Below, one piece after another: positions 1 through 8,788 of a stretch of 64,000 nt of DNA (position 1 is its first letter; every line of letters begins with the position of its first letter). The DNA comes from an uncultured Candidatus Saccharibacteria bacterium (GTDB lineage Bacteria; Patescibacteriota; Saccharimonadia; Saccharimonadales; CAZDBS01): NCBI GenBank assembly GCA_964503775.1, contig CAZDBS010000002.1, positions 3,542 through 67,541 on the forward strand, in the 5' to 3' direction. Position numbers and translations under genes: made by a program. The notes below the pieces were generated by a model. It searched no databases. It was not told where the DNA came from and worked only from the letters and a program-made list of their open reading frames with translations.

Positions 1-160
1 GAAATATCCATACTCTATTAAGTGCATCAGGGTCGAACTCTTTGTGTTTACCAATTACTTGATAGCAACGGATAAGAAAAAGGATCCTGTTAAGACTACT
101 GTTCAAAGCTCTCGCTATTGGATAATCATTAGGGTCTAAATTGTCGTCATTTGCATTCAT
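1..160 (-). CDS. partial hypothetical protein (N-terminal ~53 aa, continues past window start)
   Basis: Complement ATG at 158-160 opens an uninterrupted frame (MNANDDNLDPNDYPIARALNS...) that runs off the left edge. It is absent from the ORF track because it is unterminated. Confidence 0.3.
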   Translation of the reverse strand, partial: MNANDDNLDPNDYPIARALNSSLNRILFLIRCYQVIGKHKEFDPDALNRVWIF

Positions 161-250
161 AAGATTGAGTAACATTATAGGTGAAAGCTTCTCTAGAGTA
201 CCAATTTGAGATAATAGAAATAGGTACTAATACAAAAATATGGAGATGTA

Positions 251-493
251 ATGATTAGTAAGACAATTGGGAAACGCCATAAAGTCACATACCTAACATT
301 GATCAAATTGGCACGTGACATTCAAAACAACTACACAGTTAGTGCAGCGTGTAGAAATTCTAGAATTAGCAGAGACACATTCTATCGATACCTGAACAAT
401 GAGCCTGAGTTCACTGAAATGATAATAGAAGCTTATAAAGGGCAGAGTTATATCCCGATGTTTTTTGATAATGTTTCATCTGACAGTTTGTAA
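251..493 (+). CDS. small helix-turn-helix DNA-binding protein (phage small-terminase/homeodomain-like HTH)
   Basis: 80-aa ORF. The segment SAACRNSRISRDTFYRYLNNEPEF looks like the HTH of phage/mobile-element regulatory proteins. A weak hairpin plus T-run follows the stop. Confidence 0.35.
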   Translation: MISKTIGKRHKVTYLTLIKLARDIQNNYTVSAACRNSRISRDTFYRYLNNEPEFTEMIIEAYKGQSYIPMFFDNVSSDSL

Positions 494-803
494 AAAACTC
501 CCCTGATTTCGTGGGGTTTCTTAATAATATGTGTCAGATATTGTATCCTCAATTGCTCCTGCTAGGATTGAAGTATGAAACGAATGAAGAAAAATAAGCC
601 TCAATTGAATGATGAGGAGATAATTACAGTAATACTGCCCATTATCAGTAACGGAAAATAGCGTTGCAGACGCAAGATCTGGTCGAAAATTATATGTAGC
701 GTTGCTTATAAATATTTTTCAAACAAAAGTGAACGATACCTCTGTAAATATATACCCTCTGTGACGCATTTAGAGCGTCTAGGACGGGCTTTAGGCAACG
801 AAC

Positions 804-1946
804 CTAGTTCCAGTATGCAACGTCACCAGTAAAGGTGTAGTCTTTCTCCTCAAGTTCTTCGAATATGAGCTTTGGAAATGAGAATGCGACTGAGTCAATA
901 AAGCCTTCGATAACAAACATTTCACCTTTGTTGCCGTAGTTCACATTGTCCAACCACTTCTGCGGCACGTATCTCGTAAGGTTTCCAAGTATGAATAACA
1001 TCGCAAATTCTACCTCGATAAGATGTAAGGCTTGACCTGCATCAATATTCTTCATCACGAATCGTGTACCACTTGGTTCACGATAGCTTGGCAGGTATTC
1101 ATCGATATTATTTGGCATAACGTTCGTATAAAAGCTTGATTGTGGTTGCGTTTCCCGACTATAAAATGATGCGAGCTGTGATAGCTGACCTTCGAAGAAT
1201 GCAAATATATTATCTTGACCAACAGGCATTGTTGCTTGATAGAGCATTGAATTGAACAAGCCTCCGAACACAACAATATGCTCTTCACCCCTAGCAGTTG
1301 TACGGAAGCTGGCGCCCTCGATCTTAAAGTACTTCGGTGGCTTACCAGTATGTGCTTTATAGCTTCTCCAGCTATTCGGGTGCATTGATGCTAAATCGCC
1401 AAGTTCAAGTCGAGTACCCTGCGGCAAGGGGGTATCAGACCAACAGCTATGCAATAGTGAGAAGACGGTTTTGTCTACTGCCGTTACAATTCCAAATTCT
1501 TCGAGAAGATTAGTGCTATCATTTCGGATCGCCTCGTCGGAAGGATTAGAAGCACCATTTGTAAGACCGTGTGTGTTTAATCCTTTGTCTCGTTGAACCG
1601 CATTTTCAAGTGTGAGGTCATTATCCCCAAACATCATGAGAGCCTTAACCATATTCAGTGCCCCGTAGTATAAAATGAGCGGTTTAATCGCAAGCTCGCT
1701 AGATCGTGCCGTGTTGAAGTAAGCCTCAGCCTGCTTAAGGGCATCGGCAACGTGTTGTGCCTTGACCTTCCTGATAGCACTAGCCATAGAAGGATGACGC
1801 TTCTTGAGTATTTTGTCGTTGAATGAAGGGTTTTGGTAGCGTTTTATGTACTGCCACAAACTTCTATACTTATCTTCAGAACGGACAAAATACAAAGGAG
1901 CACTAGCATGGTCGGATATATGGTCTGGCTTAAAGTCCCTAATCAT
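804..1946 (-). CDS. YaaC-like protein (family I recall as related to the HEPN clan)
   Basis: 380-aa ORF. ADALKQAEAYFNTARSSELAIKPLILYYGALNMVKAL matches the YaaC-family signature as I remember it (helix then KPLLLYYG). An Rx5H string (RKVKAQH) sits just upstream. Confidence 0.4.
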   Translation of the reverse strand: MIRDFKPDHISDHASAPLYFVRSEDKYRSLWQYIKRYQNPSFNDKILKKRHPSMASAIRKVKAQHVADALKQAEAYFNTARSSELAIKPLILYYGALNMVKALMMFGDNDLTLENAVQRDKGLNTHGLTNGASNPSDEAIRNDSTNLLEEFGIVTAVDKTVFSLLHSCWSDTPLPQGTRLELGDLASMHPNSWRSYKAHTGKPPKYFKIEGASFRTTARGEEHIVVFGGLFNSMLYQATMPVGQDNIFAFFEGQLSQLASFYSRETQPQSSFYTNVMPNNIDEYLPSYREPSGTRFVMKNIDAGQALHLIEVEFAMLFILGNLTRYVPQKWLDNVNYGNKGEMFVIEGFIDSVAFSFPKLIFEELEEKDYTFTGDVAYWN

Positions 1947-1971
1947 GTAGATATAGTATTACAATACATCT

Positions 1972-2358
1972 ATGGACAACCAGCCCTTAAGACAATTTGA
2001 GCACAGTCGAAACACCATAGCTCGATTATTTATTGGTGATGAGTATGGCACAGCATTTGATAAAAAGTACAAAATGAAGCTTGGAATAAATCAATTCACT
2101 TGTTACGCCGTCCATATAGATGGCTATATAGAAAAGTTCAAAGCAATATGGACTTGTCCCGTTGTCTACGCTAGAGGCGGTTACGATATGTATGGAGTTT
2201 TAGGCAATGAACCAAAAGAAACAGTAAGCCTCAGCGCCTTAGACTCCTATCATTACACCGAGTTGACTTGTTGGGCTTATGAACCCGCACAGGTTACGCC
2301 TACTGGTTACGCTGAGATCCCTCATTATTCAATTGGGTTTGACTACTCAGATATTTGA
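1972..2358 (+). CDS. hypothetical protein, divergent from the YaaC-like gene
   Basis: 128-aa ORF starting 25 nt from the divergent YaaC-like start. No recognisable motif. Confidence 0.4.
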   Translation: MDNQPLRQFEHSRNTIARLFIGDEYGTAFDKKYKMKLGINQFTCYAVHIDGYIEKFKAIWTCPVVYARGGYDMYGVLGNEPKETVSLSALDSYHYTELTCWAYEPAQVTPTGYAEIPHYSIGFDYSDI

Positions 2359-2396
2359 GTCAGTCACAATAGTGAGATGTAGTTTATAATTAACCT

Positions 2397-3263
2397 ATGG
2401 CTGAAAAAAGCAACGAGCAAACTGCTGATATTGAACAAATACAAGTAAAACCAAAGGGAAAGATGCATTTTGGTAGGCGATTAAAGATCGGACTGATTGT
2501 CTTCATAGCCCTACTGCTTATCCCTCTCTCGTATGCTGGCTATGTTTATGCCGCATCTCCTGAGGTTATTCGTAACCCAAAGTTGGAACATTATCACTTC
2601 CGAATGCAGATTCTAGTTAATGGCAAGGCTGAGAATTTCGCTGAAGACAAGTACCAGCAGGATTATGCTAAAGACCAATGTAATGCAAACTTGCCTGAGC
2701 AACCTATACACTTTCACGACAAAAAAGACCAGTTTACTCATATTCACTGGGAAGGAATGACCGGTGGTATGGTTATGAAATATTACGGTTGGAACTACAT
2801 CGGCGGTATAAACAAAGCTCTTGGCTACAAGCTAGATGACTTAGGTGATATTCAGAAGGTAAATACGCACGGCAACTTCCTACCAGCCGTTCCTGATGAC
2901 GCTAAGTTTTATATCTATACAGGAGACGAAAACGGCTACAAAGAAAAGAGCTTTGATGACTGGAAGAACCAAGACCTTGAACAGTTCTTTGAAAAGACTA
3001 GTAATTTTCCAGCCCATGAACAAAACAAGCAGACGGGTGTACTAGACAAGCTGTTTCCTAAGGCTTCGGCTCACGGCACAGAAGACCACTCAAATACCCA
3101 AGCTCAACCAACTACTGAAACCGAAGAAGAAAAGCTGACCCGAATAAATAATCTCGTTGGCAACGTAGTTATATTTGTTCAGAAAGATAAGCCTACAGAC
3201 CAACAAATAAAGGATAGGTTTAACGACCTAGACCCATTGACGGATAGTACGTGCGGGGGTTGA
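2397..3263 (+). CDS. membrane-anchored His-rich protein of unknown function
   Basis: 288-aa ORF with an N-terminal TM (LKIGLIVFIALLLIPL). The His-rich block IHFHDKKDQFTHIHWEGMTGG suggests metal binding. It is the first gene of the redox/metal cluster. Confidence 0.5.
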   Translation: MAEKSNEQTADIEQIQVKPKGKMHFGRRLKIGLIVFIALLLIPLSYAGYVYAASPEVIRNPKLEHYHFRMQILVNGKAENFAEDKYQQDYAKDQCNANLPEQPIHFHDKKDQFTHIHWEGMTGGMVMKYYGWNYIGGINKALGYKLDDLGDIQKVNTHGNFLPAVPDDAKFYIYTGDENGYKEKSFDDWKNQDLEQFFEKTSNFPAHEQNKQTGVLDKLFPKASAHGTEDHSNTQAQPTTETEEEKLTRINNLVGNVVIFVQKDKPTDQQIKDRFNDLDPLTDSTCGG

Positions 3264-3589
3264 TCACATCTACTGGCAGAACACTAGCGGTCTTGCTTAT
3301 TGGGGCATTATTAACAGTATGCTCACTGGGTGTATTATCAGCTCATACAAGCGACACAAGTCAGAAAGCCAGTTGCAATGCTTCGTGTCATTCTCACGGG
3401 CAATCGACTGCTATCAACGGTCAAGAAAACAAAGATGAGGAAGACGATAAAGAACCCATACCACCACCCTTTGGCTGGCTACAGACACCAATCAATCTAG
3501 AATTGTTTTACATAATGCCTGTTTTTGGTGTTTTATGGTTTGTAAGTAATAAACAAAAGATACTTCTGACGACACAACTCCGGTTTTGA
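3251..3589 (+). CDS. small 2-TM Cys/His-rich membrane protein
   Basis: 112-aa ORF with a GTG start overlapping the upstream stop. It has two hydrophobic segments and the string SCNASCHSHGQS. Confidence 0.4.
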   Translation: MRGLITSTGRTLAVLLIGALLTVCSLGVLSAHTSDTSQKASCNASCHSHGQSTAINGQENKDEEDDKEPIPPPFGWLQTPINLELFYIMPVFGVLWFVSNKQKILLTTQLRF

Positions 3590-3634
3590 GATTACCTCTT
3601 TAATGACGGTAATTTTAATCATAAGGAGTTAACA

Positions 3635-4402
3635 ATGGACAGTAAAAAGTTTTGGATTGTAATAGCGGTTATCATAATCGGTTTTTTTGGGTTTGTTATG
3701 TTCAGTAAGTCAGATAAAGATAATGCAGGTGGTAGTTCAAGCGAAGCGTCGATAGGCTCTAGCAACTACTATGGTAAAGAAGACAGTCCCGTAACGATAA
3801 CCGAATTTGTTGATTTTCAGTGTGAGGCTTGTTATGCCTACTACCCATACGTAAAACAGGTTAAAGAAAAATACAAAGACCAAGTTAGATTCCAGGTACG
3901 CAACTTTCCTATAACATCAGGTCATCAGTTTGCTATGCAAGCAGCAAAGAATGCAGAAGCAGCTGCACGACAAGGAAAGTTCTGGGAAATGCATGACAAG
4001 ATATTTGAAGGCCAGAAAACGTGGGAACGAACTACTGACCCTCAGAGTTATTTTGACCAATACGCACAATCTATTGGTTTAGATATGGAGAAGTTCAAGG
4101 CAGATCGTATTAGTAGTAGCGTAAATGATGTCGTTAACAAAGACTTGAAAGACGTACAAGCACTAGGCGGAACTGGTACGCCAACATTTGCAATCAATGG
4201 CAAAAAGGTCGAGAACCCTGGTCCAACAGCAGAAGCATTGTCAAAAATGATAGAAGACGCATTAAAAGAAGCAGGAATTACGCCTAAGCCAGCGACCGTA
4301 CAACCAACAGGCAGTCAGACAATGCCGACATCGAGCAGCGGTGGTCTTAACCCTGGTGAAACCCAAGCGGAGCACGACAGAGAAACGCAAACAGGCCAAT
4401 AA
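3635..4402 (+). CDS. dsbA: DsbA-family thiol:disulfide oxidoreductase (membrane-anchored)
   Basis: N-terminal TM, CxxC active site (FVDFQCEACYAYYP) and the cis-Pro region GTPTFAINGKKV typical of the DsbA/thioredoxin fold. A GGAG RBS precedes the ATG. Confidence 0.75.
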   Translation: MDSKKFWIVIAVIIIGFFGFVMFSKSDKDNAGGSSSEASIGSSNYYGKEDSPVTITEFVDFQCEACYAYYPYVKQVKEKYKDQVRFQVRNFPITSGHQFAMQAAKNAEAAARQGKFWEMHDKIFEGQKTWERTTDPQSYFDQYAQSIGLDMEKFKADRISSSVNDVVNKDLKDVQALGGTGTPTFAINGKKVENPGPTAEALSKMIEDALKEAGITPKPATVQPTGSQTMPTSSSGGLNPGETQAEHDRETQTGQ

Positions 4403-4406
4403 CATC

Positions 4407-4916
4407 ATGAATACAAAGGAAACAATCATAGCTTTAACAGTAGTTGTTTTTGCTCTTGGTCTTACAGGAGCCGTTTTTGTGCTCAGCCCATCAGTCAAAG
4501 AAAAGCAAAACGCCAAAACCAGCACTGCTGCTCATGACGAAACAAACAGTGATGGTCACCATAACAGCGACAGTGCTGATCTGGGTGACGTAGTTGATTT
4601 GACTAATCAGGCTGAAGTTTCAATGGACATAAAGGATTTTAAGTACGAACAGCCCAATATCAAGATTAAAAAAGGTACGACTGTAACCTGGACCAATCAA
4701 GACGCTGTTCAGCACAATGTAATGCTCGATCACGGAGATAACAGTAATGCACCACATGATGCACCAAAGCCTGATGAGGTGAAGTCAGATGTGTTTGCGG
4801 GTCCATTGCTCTCAAAAGGCGAGAGCTACAGTTTTACTTTCAATGAAGTTAGTACTGACCCTTACCATTGTTCACCACACCCATATATGAAAGGCAGCGT
4901 TACCGTTGTTGAGTAA
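4407..4916 (+). CDS. amicyanin/plastocyanin-type blue copper protein (cupredoxin), membrane-anchored
   Basis: The type-1 Cu ligand pattern H...C-x2-H-x2-M is present (VQHNVM ... YHCSPHPYMKGSVTV). I placed the start at ATG 4407 (MNTKETII + TM), not the 4341 extension that overlaps dsbA. Confidence 0.7.
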   Translation: MNTKETIIALTVVVFALGLTGAVFVLSPSVKEKQNAKTSTAAHDETNSDGHHNSDSADLGDVVDLTNQAEVSMDIKDFKYEQPNIKIKKGTTVTWTNQDAVQHNVMLDHGDNSNAPHDAPKPDEVKSDVFAGPLLSKGESYSFTFNEVSTDPYHCSPHPYMKGSVTVVE

Positions 4917-4919
4917 TAT

Positions 4920-6256
4920 ATGCCGATAGATACTGATGCAGCACGAGCATTGATGGCCGATAGTCTTGGCTTTCACATTATTTTTGCTCTGCTGGGGTCG
5001 GTTTACCATTAGTTATTTTGCTGCTTGAACAGTTGGGGTTACGCAGAAAAGACCCACTTATTCTAGAACATGCCAAACGCCTGTCATATGCCACTGTAAT
5101 TTTGGTTGTGGCAGGTGTTGCATCGGGCACTATTATCTCAATTCAAATGTCTTTGATGTGGGGCAAGTTGATAGAGTTTGGTGGACCAATAATGGGATTG
5201 GCATTTGGTTGGGAGGGTTATGCCTTCATGCTAGAAGCAGTGTTCTTGGCGTTCTATGTTTCGACTTGGGGAAGGGTCAAAGGCTGGAAACACTGGCTAC
5301 TAGGCGTACCAGTAGCTATAGGTTCATTTGGATCAGCGTTTGCTATTACTCTTGGTAATGCGTGGATGCAAAATCCCGGCACGCTCAATATTGTTAACGG
5401 AGTGGTGCAAACGGATAATCCGCTCGGAGCATTACTTACTAAGACCGCATTCTTTATGATTAGCCACTCGGTTGCTGGCTACTATCTTGCCACCGTACTC
5501 TGTGTACTCGGTATCTATGCTTTCTATACTTTGAAGTTTAAGCCTAGCGGTAAGGATCAACAGGCTGTCAGGCAGATTATGTTCCGCCTCTCTGCTACCG
5601 CAGTGTTCTTTGTAGCAACAACCGCATTACTAGGCCATTTCCAGTCACAATACCTAGCAGAGTCGCAACCTCGAAAGTTTGCAGCCATAGAATTAAATGA
5701 AAAAACCCGTATAAATGCACCCTACATTATTGGCGGAGAATGGAATGAAGACGGCACGGTTGACGGGGGTATACGTATACCAAATATGTTGAGTTTCTTA
5801 GCAGGCAATAGCCCTACAACAGAAGTTAAAGGCTTACAGGATTTTCCAAAGGACACTTGGCCTATGTTATTTGTGAATATCTTATTTGAATCAAAGCTAC
5901 TACTTGTTGCAATCGTATCTGGCATTTCGGTTTTGTTTACAGCATTACACTACAAAAAGCTAAAGGAAAAGTACCGTGCGTGGCGATACAATAAGCCATT
6001 GCTCGTAGCGTTGTTACCACTCGGTCCACTAACGATAATAATTGTGGAACTTGGTTGGATGGTCGCAGAATTTGGTCGCCAGCCATTTGTAGTTAATGGC
6101 TATATGCGTACCGATCAAGCTTTTTCGGGGCAAATTGGTTCGTGGGGTTACATATTCCCAGTTCTTTTTATAGTTCTCTTTATCGTTACTGCGATAGCTC
6201 TGTGGTTACTTTTTAAGAAACAAGGCAAGGTTAAGCCAGCGAAAGGCTTACTGTAA
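4920..6256 (+). CDS. cydA: cytochrome bd-type oxidase subunit I, interrupted by an apparent 1-nt frameshift at the GGGG run 4994-4997
   Basis: The track ORF 5018-6256 lacks the CydA N-terminus. That N-terminus (MPIDTDAARALMADSLGFHIIFALLG) is encoded from ATG 4920 in another frame, which stops at 5010-5012. Joining the frames at 4995-4999 gives ...FHIIFALLG|VGLPLVILLLEQLG..., a normal CydA helix 1 with the heme-ligand His. Confidence 0.75.
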
Positions 6257-6774
6257 TGTCTGCTATCTGGTTTGTAATCGTGCCACTCGTAATTTATATT
6301 CCAATGTTTCTTGTTGAGTTGTTTATTGCGTTTCGCCGTATTGGTAAGCCCCTAGACAAGGGCGGGGAATATCTTCACGCTACTTGGGAAGCAACGCACA
6401 CATTTCTAATATTAGGACTTAATTATTTTATGTGGCTGTATAGTTCAGCAATAGTGGATGTTGCAAGAGCAGTCTTTGTTCCACTTATTATGTTTGGTGC
6501 AGTATTCATTATTCGGGCAATACTGTATGTATATTTGTTCTACATTAAAAAATCTACCAAACCAAACCTTCTTGCGGATTGGCTGTTTGCAGCGTGTCAC
6601 GTCTTGATGTTTGCCTGTATCAGCTATGTAACTTTTGCGACTGCCAATATTCTCATCAATGGCAGCTACGAGCCAAATCAAATCTTATTACCTTTGTTAT
6701 ATCCAGGTCTATTTTTGATGATACCGCTAGTGAGCGTCCCTCTGTACTTCTTATATAAGACGAGAGGTAAATAG
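6256..6774 (+). CDS. small polytopic membrane protein translationally coupled to cydA (possible non-canonical subunit II)
   Basis: TAATG stop/start overlap with cydA. 172 aa with about 5 TM segments, which is much shorter than canonical CydB (~340-380 aa). Confidence 0.45.
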   Translation: MSAIWFVIVPLVIYIPMFLVELFIAFRRIGKPLDKGGEYLHATWEATHTFLILGLNYFMWLYSSAIVDVARAVFVPLIMFGAVFIIRAILYVYLFYIKKSTKPNLLADWLFAACHVLMFACISYVTFATANILINGSYEPNQILLPLLYPGLFLMIPLVSVPLYFLYKTRGK

Positions 6775-6777
6775 CCT

Positions 6778-7260
6778 ATGGACACAATAATAATCCTCTT
6801 TGCTAAATATCTGATATATCTGATAGGTATTCTAGTGTTTCTTTATTTAGTCTTCAGATTACACAGAGGGGAGCTAAAATCAGCTATTCTCCTATATGTT
6901 GTTGGTATCTTGGCTGCACTCATACTGGTGAAAATTGCTGATGGCCTTTATTACAACCCTCGTCCTTTTGTAGATGGCAACTTCACCCCTTTGATTCCAC
7001 ATAGTTCGACTAACGGGTTTCCTTCAAACCATACAGTAGTAGCGGTTTTGATAACTTCATTATTGTGGCGTTATAGCAAGCGATTTGCAGGAATGTTGTT
7101 GGTAGCCGCTTGTTTAGTAGGCATCGCTAGAGTGTTAGCCAAAGTGCATCATGTAGAGGACATTATCAGTGGTATTGTCATTGCAATACTTGCAGCATTG
7201 GTAGCTAACCTAATTGTTAATCGAATTATTGATCGTAAAGTATCTAAGGCTGGGAACTGA
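6778..7260 (+). CDS. PAP2-family phosphatase (undecaprenyl-diphosphatase-like)
   Basis: All three PAP2 motifs are present: YYNPRPF, FPSNHT and ARVLAKVHHVEDIISG. Confidence 0.75.
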   Translation: MDTIIILFAKYLIYLIGILVFLYLVFRLHRGELKSAILLYVVGILAALILVKIADGLYYNPRPFVDGNFTPLIPHSSTNGFPSNHTVVAVLITSLLWRYSKRFAGMLLVAACLVGIARVLAKVHHVEDIISGIVIAILAALVANLIVNRIIDRKVSKAGN

Positions 7261-7272
7261 TAATATATATTT

Positions 7273-7896
7273 ATGGCTAATACAAATACAGAAATTGCAA
7301 ATAAGTACAGATTGGGGTTATTACTTTCTTACGTCACTGTTGGCTACAATATTGTTGAAGGTATTATTTCGGTCGTCGTAGGTGCAGCTACTGGAAGTGT
7401 TGCTCTCGTTGGATTTGGCCTAGATAGTTTTATTGAGAGTCTATCTGGCAGCGTGATGATTTGGAGATTAAGCAAGCACGGCAAGATAAGCCATGAGGAA
7501 GAAGAAGCGGTTGAAGCTAGGGCAGCCAATTTAGTTGGTGCAACTTTCTTTATACTAGCGGCCTATATCTTATATGAAGCCATAGGTAGGCTTATTGACC
7601 GTGAAGCACCAGATGCTAGTCTGGTAGGCATTGTCGTTGCGGTTTTATCCTTGCTAGTAATGCCGTGGTTGGCGTACTTAAAGAATAAAACAGGAAAAGA
7701 AGCGGGTATCCACAGTTTGGTAGCTGACAGTAAGCAAACGTTTGTTTGTGTTCTAATGTCAGTTGCTCTGCTAGTGGGTGTAGCTGCAAACTATATATTT
7801 GGTATTTGGTGGCTAGACCCAATCGCTGCTCTCTTCTTCGTAATAATTCTTGTAAAAGAGGGTTACTCGGCAATTAAGAATAAGGACTTGTGTTAG
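7273..7896 (+). CDS. cation-efflux (CDF-like) membrane protein lacking the cytoplasmic C-terminal domain
   Basis: 207 aa with 6 predicted TMs. ALVGFGLDSFIESLSG and the DSKQT region resemble CDF transmembrane-domain-only proteins. Confidence 0.55.
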   Translation: MANTNTEIANKYRLGLLLSYVTVGYNIVEGIISVVVGAATGSVALVGFGLDSFIESLSGSVMIWRLSKHGKISHEEEEAVEARAANLVGATFFILAAYILYEAIGRLIDREAPDASLVGIVVAVLSLLVMPWLAYLKNKTGKEAGIHSLVADSKQTFVCVLMSVALLVGVAANYIFGIWWLDPIAALFFVIILVKEGYSAIKNKDLC

Positions 7897-7898
7897 TT

Positions 7899-8786
7899 AT
7901 GGCTCACTCCCACGAAACAGAAAACGATAGTACATTCAAAATTGGCTTGATATTGAACACTAGTTTTACGGTTATAGAAATGACTGCTGGCGTCATTACT
8001 GGCAGCCTTGCACTTATAGCAGACGCAACACATAACCTTACCGACAGCCTGACTTTAGGTATTGCCTACATCGCCGAACGAATAAGCAAGAAATCCGCCA
8101 ATGAAAAGCAGTCTTACGGCTATGGACGGGCAAAAATTATTGCTTCACTACTAAATGCTGGCATTTTGCTAGGTATAGCGGGATTAATTGGTTACGAAGC
8201 CGTTGAGCGATTAGGTGAGCCAGCAGAAGTGCCAGGGCTGGTAATCGCAGCAGTAGCCACTATCGGCATAGTTATAAACGGCAGCATAGCCTATATGTTA
8301 AGTAAAAAACGACACGACCTTAATGCTAAGAGTGCCTATACCAATATGCTCTACGACACACTTAGTTCGGTCGGTGCGTTAGTGGCTGGACTTGCCATAG
8401 CTGCCTTCGGTTGGAACTGGCTAGATAGTGCCGTAGGTATCGGTATCGCCATAATGTTGCTTATCGCTACGTTCAGTATCATCAAGGACGCACTGCATAT
8501 ATTGCTAGAAGGCGTACCGAATGATGTTGATTTGCGACTGGTTACGCATACCCTTACTAAATTGGATAATGTAATAGGTGTTGATGATGTTCACGCTTGG
8601 ACCATAGACAATGACTACTATGCTTTTAGCTGTCATCTAATTGTCGATGAAAAGAAGTATGCTGATAGCCGAACAACGGTTGAAGAAGTCAAAAAGCTGC
8701 TTAGCGATAAGTTCGGATTCAGACATTCAACTATAGAAGTTGAATTGGAAGATTGTACTACCCACGAGGCACACGAGAACCATTAG
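7899..8786 (+). CDS. czcD: cation diffusion facilitator Zn/Co/Cd efflux transporter
   Basis: His-rich N-terminus (MAHSHE), CDF signature LALIADATHNLTDSLTL, a C-terminal dimerisation domain and a His-rich tail (HEAHENH). The ATG at 7899 is preferred over TTG 7890. Confidence 0.8.
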   Translation: MAHSHETENDSTFKIGLILNTSFTVIEMTAGVITGSLALIADATHNLTDSLTLGIAYIAERISKKSANEKQSYGYGRAKIIASLLNAGILLGIAGLIGYEAVERLGEPAEVPGLVIAAVATIGIVINGSIAYMLSKKRHDLNAKSAYTNMLYDTLSSVGALVAGLAIAAFGWNWLDSAVGIGIAIMLLIATFSIIKDALHILLEGVPNDVDLRLVTHTLTKLDNVIGVDDVHAWTIDNDYYAFSCHLIVDEKKYADSRTTVEEVKKLLSDKFGFRHSTIEVELEDCTTHEAHENH

Positions 8787-8788
8787 TA

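Noticed and set aside
4341-4406. A 22-codon N-terminal extension of the cupredoxin ORF overlapping the dsbA 3' end.
   Set aside because: The ATG at 4407 gives a normal N-terminus (MNTKETII followed by a TM) right after the dsbA stop. The extension has no supporting features.
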